A DNA stretch of 64,000 nt from Tubiluchus corallicola (Eukaryota > Animalia > Priapulida), in contig JAQGDQ010000203.1 of assembly GCA_030141605.1 (NCBI GenBank), positions 248,001-312,000 on the forward strand. Reading direction: 5' to 3'. This document shows, piece by piece, positions 51,655 through 64,000 of the stretch (position 1 is its first letter; each line of letters starts with the position of its first letter). Below the pieces are notes generated by a model that saw only the letters and a list, made by a program, of their open reading frames with translations, was not told the origin of the DNA and searched no databases. The position numbers and the translations under genes were made by a program.

Positions 51655-53279
51655 TGCACTAGCCATTGTACTAGCATGGAATGGCTTTATTAGTTCAGTA
51701 GCAGTTCGGCCCATAGAATGGCCACTATGAGAGATGCAAGACACGTCGGCTAGTTTTGTTTCTCTCTAAATTTATTTTTTAATCTTTGCATTTTCTATTC
51801 TGTTCTTGAACAATTTCTACAATTCTACAACAACAACTCTACTACAAATAGACGATAAAAAGTTAACAGCACTGGAGAAACCAGTGCAAAGCAAGAGTTG
51901 GAGCCGGATTCGCGAAAAATTGATTGGATCTCGATTATATTAAAAACAGGATGTCATGCGTAAATGATCTGATAAGCTCATTTTAAAATACCAAAATTTT
52001 TCAGTGTTGCGGGACTAGGTTTCGCTCTGTTTGCGTTCAAACTTTCACTTACTCAAGGACACAGAATATACGCTCTGAATGTTATTTTGAAGTCACTTTA
52101 AAGCAGACACCTCTGTAAATCAAAACGTAATTTTACCTGCATGAAATTCACAAATCCTACTTTCTGAGTGACTTAAATTTAAATACTTATCTGTTTTACC
52201 TGCGCAATATAATACAAGTGATGCATTCTGAATCCCCTCTTGAGTTCAGTGGTTGCTGCGATAGTTTAAGCACCATACAGGACAAGACTGCTTCTATCCT
52301 CCCAAGACTTGTCATCCGACTGTTTCAGGCGCCAATGTGAAGGTTTGATAACACCTCAACGATAGATTGCTCTCTATGTTTTGTGTCTAATCTAGTCAGC
52401 TATTCAGTTTAATCATAAAGGTTTACTCACATGCAAAACGTTAACAGTTTGTAGATTTCAAATCTTACCCATTTTAATTTGGCAATAATTAGTAACTGAG
52501 TCAATCATTTTAGTTGGCGTGGGTAGCTCTTTTAAAGCTGGTTTAATGTGTCCCAGTTGTTTGGTCTGCATGGTAGTTTATCTTCAGGATGAGGTATTCG
52601 GACCGAGATCTCTCATCAACCAATAATTCTGGTTCAATCCGTTTACTCATTACTGCATACCAGTTCTAACACTAGTGTTGCGAAGGTGGCCACGAGGTCC
52701 AGAGTTCAAATCATATCATTCAAACAATGTTGAGTTGTAGTTGAGAAATCAACTCAAATTCAAAAAAGTTAAACAGAAAATTAAAATGAGAGCTAGCCAG
52801 AACCTTTTCCTGCGTTTCTCATGCTGATCATAATTACAGAGCAGGTGCTTTGATGGTACATGCTCCCACACACATATCCATTTGTGCACTAAACCGTATT
52901 CCATACCATGTAGCTACTATTATAGCTGCTATGTAGTGCTGATATGGAATGGTTTCCCAATAAGTTGAATCATCAGAATGTGAGGTTGGGGTGAAAATAA
53001 ATGACCTTTCGTTCAGCAGTAACAATGTAACAACGTTGTAAATATCCTCAAATTGTATGAACATCGTGTGTATGATACCTGCTGACTGTCTTAATGAATG
53101 TATAGGCCTAGTATACTGATTTGGAATTGCATGTGGTGAAAAGAAGATTACAAGTAGAGGTCGTGAGTCTGGGACAGAGCCAGGATTCTAACACGATTGT
53201 CCGATTTTAGTAAAAAGTACAAATTTGAGGATTCATTGACGATGCGCACTTTGGAATTCCATAATCCGCTCTGGCAAAT

Positions 53280-53515
53280 CACAACGTTTGCAGTGCGCCA
53301 GGCTGGTGAAGAGTTTAAATGCGAAAAAGAAACTTCCGTGTTTTTCAAGATGGTGGCAGTTTCGCGGATCAAAAGTTGCTAAAGTTTGTTTGCGACTTCG
53401 TGTATTATTGATTATCGGCTCTGCAGCTACTAAAATAGAATTGGTTTTAAGAACATTGAATGCTTTGATTATCTGCGATTGTACTGAACACGGTTTAGAG
53501 TTTTAGAAAAAGGTG
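53280..53515 (+). promoter_or_regulatory. Probable promoter / non-coding first exon of LRRFIP
   Basis: Locally CpG-enriched, with ETS-like ACTTCCG and YY1-like CAAGATGG motifs and a candidate donor AAG|GTGTGT near 53513. The 55169 exon begins with an acceptor, so an upstream exon is required. Confidence 0.4.
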
Positions 53516-54172
53516 TGTAAGACTAACAGTCTAGATAAGTTGACTCACTGTTGGAAGTTTGATGGGTCCACGATGGCATGCCATTAGCAGTGCTTTAGTG
53601 CAGATTTGCAAACCAGAATTATTTTTAAGATAGCAGATACATTTAGATAGTACTCGCACGACAATGATTAGTTAGGCCGTCAATAAAATCTCTTGTTTCA
53701 TTGATGTATTGAGAACATATCACCCCAAGTTACATTGGCACTGTATAAAACAACGAACTTCACACGATCGTAGACTCTGCTATTTTTTCTCTTGTGTCAG
53801 GTTCTAGTAGGAGACAGCACACAATAAACAACAATGCAACGAAATTGTAAGGCAAAACTTTCTTTGTTAGAACTGTATTGCTTTTGATTTTTGTTGGTGC
53901 ATTGCAGTAAAAATGTAATTATAATTAAATTTTGGTAATGGTTTTGTGCAATTGTATCGTGCTCTCTTAGAAACAAGACCAAAACTCATGAATTATAATG
54001 TAGGATAGATGTGGAATGTACAGATACAGTCTTAACTGGTGTTAGTGTTGAAATTTGCAAAACACCGAGTGTGTGTAATTGACATTTACAAACAATGTAT
54101 TGTCATTAGCATTAATTAATGTCAATTTTTACATTTGTACCACATTTAATTGAATTTTGATATTGATCCTTA

Positions 54173-54370
54173 GTGCTAGATGCTGTTGTTTGTTCGGAAG
54201 TTTAAGTTTCTTAAATTCTTAATAATGCTTTAAGTGTCTTAACAAAGTGTAGGCTATTCTGTCTGCTATTTGGTGCTAGATGCTATTGTTTGTTTGGAAG
54301 TTTGAGTTTCTTAAATTCTTAATAATTCTTATGTGTCTTAACAAAGTGTAGCTATTCTGTCTGCTATTTG
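54173..54370 (+). repeat. ~100-bp tandem duplication
   Basis: Unit GTGCTAGATGCT...CTATTCTGTCTGCTATTTG starts at 54173 and again at 54273, with few differences. Confidence 0.9.
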
Positions 54371-55169
54371 GGTGTTGATTTATTCTCCTTTGTAATGAGA
54401 GTAGTATAGACCAGGTTTCCCCGTCAAGGAGCCTTTGTAGTTGCTGCTTAATAACTGATGTTGTGTACGTATTTTTTCTTACTATTGCACAGTTGTGAAA
54501 TTAGCTATTAGTGGGTATTAATAGCTAATTTTTGGGGAGCCATGTAGCTGCCATGAGTTAGATGCATTTTCTAATTTCGTGCACATCAGCTTTGTTTAGC
54601 AAGTATTATTTCCTCACTCGGCGATGAGGCTTTGTGGAAGAGCATGCGCTCATGGCAGGTCAGCCATGATTAGTGAAATTATATTGTTAAATAAATGTTC
54701 TGTATACTTTTCCCACTAGTTTTTGCATTTTTTTGACCACCAGTGAATGCCTATTTACTACCTCAATGAGTCAGTGAATTGCCATTGCAGTTAAACTGTT
54801 TATAGTGATTTCTATTAGTAGTAATATTTAAGTGCATATGTATGTTTTTAGGTAAATATGTTTGAAGTTGCTATCACAACTGTTATTGATTACCAAATAT
54901 CAACTGTTTGCTCAGAGTATCCATTCTGTTACTGCTAATCCCTGGACATTCCTAGATGCACATTAGGTGCTCATAAATGCAGTTTTTCCCTCAGGGGTCT
55001 TTTTATCTGTACATGGAAATCTCTACCAAAAAAATTTCCCCTTACATTGAATACTGAAATACTAAATGGCATGTATAACTATTTTCATTTATTTATTACA
55101 GAATGTTTTGAAAGCTATGTAATGCCTCGGAATACATTACAAAACTGGTTGCATTAATTTTTTTTCAGA

Positions 55170-58100
55170 ATGTCGAATTCTTCACCATCTAGTTCTACGC
55201 CTGGCAGTGGCAGACGAAGAGGGGACCGCCAGTACGCAGCAGAAGATGATGCACTTAGCAAAATAACTAAAGAGGTAAGAACGTCTTCTTTCTTGAGATA
55301 AACTGATTCAAATTAGATTTGCTACTGTTGTTGGTCTGCTTACAGTTAAATTCACTCATAATGCCCTATGCACACCATTACGTAACATGGAACACAGTTT
55401 TAAATAATTAAGAAATCAAGCTAGAATAATGTGTGGGACATTCAGAATTTTTTTCTGATTAAATGCATTGGCATTACATTACTCACAGAATTAGGCTTAG
55501 AAGACTATAGAGGCATGCTTATCCAGGCCTGGCTTAGTTTTATCCATCAGTTGGAACTTTATTAGTTGATAAAGTTTGACCTGCATCAAGTATTATTTGC
55601 ATTTTACCGTTTACTTACTGAACTGCAGCAAAAAAATTGGTTAAACTTGCATATCAACAGCTGGGATTGAAGTGATAGTGACAGTTGATAATTTTCTGGT
55701 GGTTGGATGACTTGTGAAATTTGAAGTTTGACAATCAAACTAAAATCGTGTGCTTGTGCCATCTCTAACAACTCTTGCAGTTGTGGATTAGCCTCTTATC
55801 AGCGTCAGCTAAGGATGCTTGGTGATTGCTCATTCGATGGTTTGGTTAGCTATATCAGTCCTATATACATATATAAAGTAAACCTAGTTTTAATCAGAAT
55901 ACGTTTCATTGTATATTACTTACATATTATTTTTAGTAATATTATAAATTTGTTAATTGGCTTTAGTAGGCGACTAGTATTTTCATAATTTGTATTGTTT
56001 AGCAGATCTATAACATAGTTGTTTCTGTCTTAGAAGTTGTGAGTTCAATAAAAATGTCATCTGTCATTATCCTACTGGTGTGTGACATTAAAGATAAAAT
56101 TGGAGTAATAATAATCACTGTCATGTAGTTGTAATTCCTTATTTACACTCAACGGTTACAAGTAATGTCATATTTTTCTAGTATGCTTTCGCAATGGAAT
56201 GAACTTAACGAATTTTTTTTATAAAAGATAGCCTACGAAAATGAAGTAAGTTTAAAAAAATTTTAATCAAACCTTTGTAGCACATTTTATAGTATTTAAA
56301 ACATGTGTACTTATTGTCTGATTAGGTAGAATTTGTAAAATTATGCTAATTTAGTTACTCATACGAGAATAACTGCTTTCCAGTTAGATGATTTGTACTG
56401 TAAATAATTTTCGACCCAAAGTTATCAAGGTTTAAATAAGCCGTTTTACAGTTCCATGATGATGATTGATGATGATTGTGAAAACGTCAAAGGTTAAGCA
56501 TACCAGACAAAGCATTTGTGTATACTTTACAACACCTCGCAGCCTAAGCTAATGTAATAAGTACTAAGAGTTTTAACAGATAGCTAGATCCGTACCTAGT
56601 TCATTTTTTGTAATGTATAATTAAGCAAAGTCCATGTAAAATAACTGAAGTTACTGAACTGATGCAGCAGAGCTTTGCTTTACCCACAGGTCATGTGACC
56701 ATTATAATTAAGACGCGTTGCTGTGGTACACTTAACTTTTGACCTGCAGTAACTGTGTGTGCACACAACGTAGCTGTGAAAAGGCTTATTAATAAAGCAC
56801 ACTTTTCAAAATTGTCAACTGTGTCATTTTTTGCATCAATTTTCAAACTATATTATTTAACTGTTTAAGTGGATGCAAATTAATGCTTGTTTTGAGCATG
56901 TAGGTTGGATGTTTCTATATTTGAGCTAAAAGATTTGGGTGGAACGTTAATAAAATAAAACACTCAAGTTAGCAAATTTGTAGGTATTTTTGAATACATA
57001 TATTAAGCATACAAACCGATGAAGGTTAGTAGATTATTTTACTGTTTACTGAGGGAAGTGCTGAAGTGTCTGTAGATTTATATTGTATTTGCTTTAGATT
57101 TTCGCTTAAAGGCCTTTTCTTTTGTTTTTACTAAGATACAGTAAAACATGAGCATTTGTATAATGTTGCATTGTTATTGACCTGTTGTTTGCTTTCTATG
57201 CCAGCAGCTTTGCTTTCTATAAATTTTAATAATGGTCTGGCCATAAAGTTATTCCTGGGTAGCTGTAGTTTATTTGATAAGATTTGAGTCTTGTTACTGA
57301 AACTTTGTTGTAAGATTGTTGTATGAGACAAATAAATTCCGTTCCGTTCAAGTTCAGTTCTGCCCTTTGGTTTCGGTATTGTTTATTTTACTTTCAGTTT
57401 CTTGCATAAACGCATGTAATATAAAATTGCCGGCCAACTTTTGAATTATTATGTTGTTTTTCTTCACATGGTAAAAACACCATTTTCACCAATAGATTGT
57501 CATGTATTAGTAGAAATGTAGTTGTAATCAAATTCATTCTCTGCACCTGGGTTACATATGCATCCATTTTAAAATGCTGACCCCTCTATGGGTTTAGTTG
57601 TGTCACTCGTCTAGCCGTCCTCTTGTATTCAGACAGTGTTACAAGCATCTAGGTTGCACAGCGATCAGATTTGCAAAAGATTTGGTAATCGTTCAACCGC
57701 CTGCACCTACCTACCTTTGTGAGTGCTTGGTTCTGCGCATTAGCTACCAATACCTGTATTTTAATCTATACCTTATCGTAGCGCTTATCTTAGCTGTTTA
57801 CATTGACCTGTTTTCGGTGTTCACAGTAGCATTTGCTCTCGGAGGCTAGTCAGTTGACATCACATCCTGCGATACCGGATGGGAGCTTTCTTCCTTACTT
57901 TCCAGTAAATTAACAGAGTTAAAAGTGGTTTGTGCGGTTTAGCAATTGACGCGTGAGTCTGTTTAATAGATTTCTAACTTTGCATTGGAGATGACCAAGT
58001 TCTGAAAGCGGAACCAAGTAAAAAATGTGCCTCAGGCAAACGGGTTAATTGCAATGTGTACATAATATCCCAGTGTAAGCAAGTTATGCCTCACAGATCA

Positions 58101-61100
58101 GGTCACATGTGTATGAGTTTAAGCTCTCAATGTACACGTCAATGCGCTGACGATTAAACTCTTCTCGTTGTTGGGATTGTCTTGCATAATTGTTGTTTAT
58201 GAAGTAAAGATCATGACATTTTGGTAAAAATTGTGGTTATTTTCAATTGGGTGTGTTCCGTGTTTCGCAGCGGACTTTAGACTGCACACGTATTCGTGTC
58301 TGCAAGTGAAAACACACACAGTGCTCTGTACTTGAGACCAAGCTGTTTCGTTTACCTGTTCTTATATAGCAAGTCATATTGCCTGAACGCTATTTGATGT
58401 ATTCTTCACTAATCCGCAACATTACCATAAATACGTAACGATCAATAAATCAACTGCTTTATCAGGGTGTAACATAGACCTTGTATGTGTTTGCCTGGCA
58501 TTAAATACCCACATGATTTTAAACAACGCAGTGTGGTTTATTTATTCTTTAATGTAGCTTGATCATTGCCTAGCTAGAACAAAAGAATTCAGTGTGTTGG
58601 TTATCCTCGTACTACAGCAGTGCATTTGGATTGTATAAAGTGTATAAAGGTACATTGTGTAAAGTTGGCTGTAACTTCATAGGAATTTGCAACGAATATG
58701 GAAACTGTGATGGTTTGCCGTTGTTATACGATTTTGACCTAGGGACAACAAAAATGTCTGGATTTTTTTCTAAAATTTTCTCAAAAAGACATTCATCTTC
58801 TGACGTGGACGAAGAGACAACAGAAAAGGTAGAATCACCCAGAAAAGGAGAGAAACCAAAGCGAACTAAATCTGAGAAGAAAAGTAAGAAGAAGGGGGGA
58901 AGCTTCTTGGTTGAAGAAGTGAGTAGTACTAGAGAAGAATTAACAGAAGATGCAAAAGAACATCTGGAGGCAAGTAATGACCCAACAGAAAACTTTGGCA
59001 GTAGACATGCAGGCAAAGATTCTAAGCCAGATGATACAGTATGCATTCAAGACATTGATATAAATATTGTTGAAAACACAGATGATTTGGATGCAAATGA
59101 AAGCAGCATTGGCTTTGAATGGGGTGAAGAAGAGGAAAGTTTACTTGAAGAAGGTGATGATGTAGAAGTAGCTGGGTCTTCCATTTTGTCCAATGAGGAA
59201 TTATTTCTTGAAAAGGAAGGCAAAAAGGAAACTGATTCCGGAAAAACAGATCTACAGAAAGATGATCCGGGTGTTCTTATAAAAGATGAAGTCAAAGGAA
59301 GCAGTTTCTTGGAAGGTGTTTTAATTGCCCTAGAGCAAGATAAGCAAGTGATAAATATTCACGAAGAACAGGAATGTTTGTTAAAGACTGCACAAACAAT
59401 GAGTGTACAGAAAGATCATTTTATGGAAATAAAGCAAAGTGATGAACATGTTTTGAGTGATGACACAGCAATATATTTACTGCAAGATAAGCAGATTTCT
59501 CTTGAATTTCAGCCAGTGAATTCTTTTCCAGAAGTTGTTAAAATGGAAAATCAAAATTCAGTTTCCGAAGTTACTGATAACAGAGAGGACAATGAATCAT
59601 TTGAAGGGGATGCTAGTCATTTGGAAGAAAAAGCTATACAGCACATCAGGGTTAATGACATAACTGATGTAAGAGCCAAAATCCAAGAGGAAGTAAAAAG
59701 TAGTACTATCATTGACTCGAATTTTATTTCGCAATCATTCATCGATCAGAGTGGTGATGACATTAAGAAAGATCTGTTTATTGAAAACAATGTTTATGTT
59801 GAGCCTGTTGGTAGCTGCGATGAGGAAAATGGTAAACTAGAAAATTCACCAGACAGAGCTTTTACTTCAAAAAATACGAGCGAGCATGCAGATACTAAGG
59901 AGGAACTTTGTATAAAAAAAGAAACTGCAGTAGAAAGTGGAATAGTGAATACTGATGATTCTGGAAAAGTTGACCTAAGTCCTGTTGATAGTGATAATAA
60001 AATTGGTGTATTTGGCACTCCCGGCATCCTTCATTCGAGTGGTATTTCTTTTGGTGAAAATGACAGATCAAAACTACCAGCTGAGGTTAACCTTGAAGAC
60101 ATTTCAATCCTAAAAAGTGAAAATCACCTTTCTAATGATGATACTCAACAAGAACATTCCAGTCAAATCTCTGGCTCTAGTTTAGTTCTTGAATGCTCGA
60201 TTCAAGGTGCAAACAAAACAGGAGGCAATTCACAACATTCCAGTCAAGACATAGATGTGAGCTCAAGTCAAGAACACTTCCCTCGGGAAATAGACAGTAC
60301 CTCACGCCAAGAACATTCCTTTCAAAAAAACAATATTAACTCGAATTCAGAATCTTTTACAAAAGAAGTAGTCAGCAGTGAAGACAATTCAGAATGTTTT
60401 ACTAATGAAGCAGACTATAGCTTAAGTTTTGCAAGCAAAGTCAACATAAGTGCTGGGAAAGTAAAAATTGCAATTAACAATGGTAATAATTATCCTCAAG
60501 AAATTCTGCTCGATAATCAAGATGAGAAGAAACACGTTTGTGTAACGTCATTTGTGTCTGATAAACTTCTTTACCCTGATGGTCAACCTTGTGATGACAA
60601 TACTGGTAAAACAATAGAAAAGAATGAGTTACCAGGAGGAAGCAATGAAACTGCAGATATGAAACTAAATATAGTACATGCCAGTCTTGGTACAGGTCCT
60701 TGGGCTGCTGTCATTGAAAGTGATGACAGAAACCTTGTGTGCAGCAACACCATTAAGCAAACAGGAGTAGTGGAAAATTCATCAATAACTATTGTAGAAC
60801 AAGACGTAGGAAAAAGAAATGATGCTGTCTTAAAAGGAAATGAAGAAAAAGGTAGCAGCTTTGGTGATGAAGTGAAGACAGAGGGAAGACAAGCAGCAGT
60901 TAACAACACTGGCTTTTTGGTTGATTCCGAACACCAAGATGAAAAATATGTAGACGATAGCTTAAATGTTACTGCTTCTACAGGTATCAATATAAATGCA
61001 AGTGTTGATGAAGATGTGTTTAATCTTGGTAACTCCATATCTGAGTCTGAGGAGTATACCATTGTACACGATGAAGAGAAAGCATTGAATAACCAACCTA

Positions 61101-63400
61101 TGACAGATGCTACACCAACTTCCAAAGTGTATGACTTAGATACTGTTGGAGTGGAAACTGCATCTGTAGACGATTTTGTTGAAGAAGCTGCTGATAAAGA
61201 AAAAATAAAAAATGAAACAAATGCTAATGTCAGAGAAGAGCAGGCAGATAGCTCTTTAACTGATAAAGAGAAGATCAAAAAAGAAGTTGACAATAGACAT
61301 GAACATCAAGGTCGGAGACGGCTAAAATCGGCTGAAGCAGAAAAGGCTTCTGACTCCACATTTTCTGTTGCCCTTGGTAACACTGATGAGGTGCTTCTTA
61401 TTCTTTTTTTTTAAATTTGTTATTTCGTTTATGCCATATCTGATTTGTGACTGAACTAGAATAAAAATTTGTAATGATATTAGTCTTTCATTGCATAATA
61501 ATTGATAATATTAATGCTTATTTAACAACAAGTCTTTAACATGAAACAGATTTAGATCTTGATCAGGTATGGGACCATAACTCTTATTACAGGGCCAAGC
61601 TTTTTGGGTAGGAAGTTAATTGCTTAACAGGACTAACAGTTGAGTATTTAAACTGTGTTCATTCTTATATTGTGCATTTTGCAGTGTACTTTTTATGGCC
61701 AGAAGAGAAAATGCAAACCTTGTGTTAAGGTGGATGAGAACAATCAGATTACAAAAACGCCTAAGTGCATTAATTATTAGCAATGATTATGTTTTTACCA
61801 TACCTTGCCATAATAATTGTAAGAAACTCTGATTATGTGTAGAACCTTTACTGTTTATTCTAGTTTCCTATCATTTTTCTTTTCTGTAATATTAATTCAC
61901 ATAAATTGATTATTAGAATTTTGAATTTGTCTGGCTCATTTTTTTGGAGAGCAGAAAATTCTTGTTTTCTCCTTTTCTGATTATCAATTTCTTTATCTGT
62001 AATATTTCCTCATTGATGTTCCAACTCCACCTTTACAGCTAAATCAAAGTCAGACTAATTGAATAACTTTTGCTTTTGTAGGCAGAGCAACGGCTGGCAG
62101 CAAAGAGAGCAGCAAGGGCAGAAGCAAGGAAGATTCGAATGCGGGAGGTAGAACGGCAGCAAGCAGAGGTATAATATATTATGTGCTTTGTCTTTTTAAA
62201 GTAGGTGTAGCTTTAAGTGCAGTATTCTTCAAATGTTTTTACTGTTGAGCTGTATTCTACCTGCTGTATTTCCTGTGCGAGTGACAATTTTAATGCCTTT
62301 ATTGGGCATTAATTTATACTGAAAAGAGATTCTATATGCATTTCTACAGCTTTTAGCCAGTTTTGGGACAGTCATAATTGGGGAGTGGACATAAAAGATC
62401 AAGTTGAAACGTTCAAATTCGATTGAAACAAGTTTTTTAGTTCAAATTCAACTTGAAATTTTAATAATTGAATCTAGTGATTTAACACTTCAATTACAAA
62501 ACTTTAAACAGAGATAAAATTTTGTCTGCAGTTACAAAATTATTAACTTGGATTAGCCTTTTGTACAATTTCCATTTATTAATTTACTTTTTTAGTAACT
62601 TGTAGCTAAATTAATGTTTTTACATGCAGCATTATTTTTTTTATTATTGAATTTGATTCAAATTTGAGTAAAATCAACTTTCAAGATTCAATTTCAAACC
62701 TTAAAAATAGATTTGGTGCATGTTCGCCCCATTCATATTTTCTTGTTTGCTATACTAGACTTCATAGATAACTGATACCCCAGTAAATCAGCAATGATGC
62801 AAAGTACTGGTGTTACTGATACATTTGTTATTCTATTCAGGCTGAATCAAATGAAGTTCGATATCGTGATGCTGCAGATGGAACTCCCAGGGTATGTTAG
62901 TGATGTCATTCCAAACACACACGCATTCCATTCTTAACTGACACCTTTTTAATTCTTACACAGTTACATAATGTCGTTCTTAAGACACGCACAATAAATG
63001 ATGGTATTTATTTCACACTGAGTGAAGGATGTCACTCTTATTCTTAACTCCCTGTCGTAAATAATATCATTCTTTAATTGCTTGAGGAAATGATGATATT
63101 TTTAACTTACATACAGGAAATTATGTCAGTTTTACTTCACACTGAGTAATGATGCACTCTTTACTCAGATACAGTTAGTTTTGGTCACTATGCCAGAAAG
63201 CATTATATGGACTCACATTTTCTTGAACTTATTGCACAGAAATCTTTATAAATAGGTTTAATCTTACACCATTTTGCACTTCTTTAACTGAATGATTTTT
63301 TTTGTTCTAGACGTACACATCACGGGCTGGATCCGATTCATCTGTACGTTCCGGAAGGCGTGGTAGTGATGGTAGCGAATCAGAGGTTAAAGAACTTAAG
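55170..63400 (+). CDS. LRRFIP2: Leucine-rich repeat flightless-interacting protein (LRRFIP1/2 family), 5' exons; gene continues beyond window
   Basis: Phase-0 exons 55170-55274 (MSNSSPSSSTPGSGRRRGDRQYAAEDDALSKITKE), 62082-62168 (AEQRLAAKRAARAEARKIRMREVERQQAE), 62841-62891 and 63311-63400 (…SGRRGSDGSESEVKELK). They match the LRRFIP N-terminal helix AEDxALxxIxxEAExRLAAKRAARAEARxIRMRExERQQ and the RRGS motif. Probably the single invertebrate LRRFIP1/2 co-orthologue. Confidence 0.9.
58754..61390 (+). CDS. Large acidic low-complexity coding exon (~879 aa), probable alternative first exon of LRRFIP
   Basis: Uninterrupted 2.8-kb ORF (58592-61414) in LRRFIP intron 1. ATG in good context (aaaATGt) at 58754. 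It ends at GAG|gtgctt (61390/61391) in phase 0, matching the 62082 exon. Rich in E/D/S/N/K, with no transposon motifs. Confidence 0.7.
62377..62735. mobile_element. Possible MITE with TTCAA/TTGAA-rich internal repeats
   Basis: Imperfect terminal inverted repeats TGGGGAGTGGACAT / ATGTTCGCCCCA; TTCAAATTCAAC-type repeats also occur at ~52700-52765. Confidence 0.4.
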
Positions 63401-63499
63401 GTAGTAACATTTCATTTTAAGAATTAGTTCATAGTTATTAGTAATCATTGTCAATATTTGTTGTAAAATAAGACAAGAAAAGATATTTATTCAGGATAA

Positions 63500-64000
63500 C
63501 TTGTTTGAGCAAAGCTCGTTTACAACAAGGTTCTGATTAGTGCAATGTTTGCAAACACTTTTCAGGCTAATGCCAAAAGAAACATATATTTTGAACAAAA
63601 ACAAAACGCCAAAATTTAAAAGCAGTTCAAAAAGATAAAGTTTAGAATGCACAATACAATTAATTAGAGTAACACTCTTGATAAAAATTTTTAAGGTGAC
63701 CGTTAAACAAGTTAATATTGCTACTGCTCCTTAATTCAGTTGACAAAGAATTCTCTACTTTAACCCTGCTGTAGTTTAGAGATTTTTGTCCAACTTGTGT
63801 TCGGCATAACAGTATTTGCAATTCTGACTGACCTTTTTCGATACTGATGTGAATATTCGAGAAAGTGTTGATTTAAAGGGTTTTGGTCACTTTTAAGAAT
63901 TTTGTACATAAAGTATGCCATTTGCATTAGCCTTCGGATTTCCAGTGGTAACCAGTTTAGTGCATTGTGATAATGTGTTCGCATGCGTCACATTTTAAAA
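63500..64000 (-). mobile_element. LINE (L2-like) ORF2 C-terminus and 3' end, truncated by window edge
   Basis: ORF 63760-63984: LNWLPLEIRRLMQMAYFMYKIL...HQYRKRS fits the LINE C-terminal LxWLPL..R....MYK motif. Confidence 0.7.

Noticed and set aside
52137-52142. ATG CAG|GTAAAA as UBE2W first exon
   Set aside because: 47611-47597 gives the exact conserved MASMQ with a good donor (CAG|GTCAGT) and adjacent CpG-rich sequence.
58592-58753. N-terminal extension of the 940-aa ORF from a GTG start
   Set aside because: Eukaryotic locus; composition differs from the rest and the first ATG is at 58754.
58612-61293. Ser/Phe-rich minus-strand ORFs (58612, 59047, 59794, 60583)
   Set aside because: Antisense shadows of the GAA/GAT-rich coding strand.

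Overview
AT-rich, intron-containing animal (invertebrate-type) genomic DNA. Three host genes were reconstructed by hand from spliced exons that the ORF track mostly misses. They are RAB23 (+, 8 coding exons, 16020-23488), UBE2W (-, 6 coding exons, 47611-28857, convergent with RAB23) and the 5' part of an LRRFIP-family gene (+, from 55170, running off the window). LRRFIP has a probable giant alternative first exon (58754-61390). The 15.9-kb first intron of UBE2W is a nest of transposons. Its centrepiece is a young, full-length BEL/Pao LTR retrotransposon (37165-44165; 286-bp LTRs with 3 visible differences; CTAGG target-site duplication). Its Gag contains an N-terminal SAP domain followed by an intronless glycogenin (GT8) catalytic domain, which is the most striking observation. 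A second oddity is a 478-bp Gypsy-derived fold-back element (51177-51654) whose two ends are inverted copies of the same LTR end, flanked by a 5-bp TSD. The rest is LINE, SINE and MITE debris plus small tandem repeats. All family assignments come from recognised motifs, not database searches.
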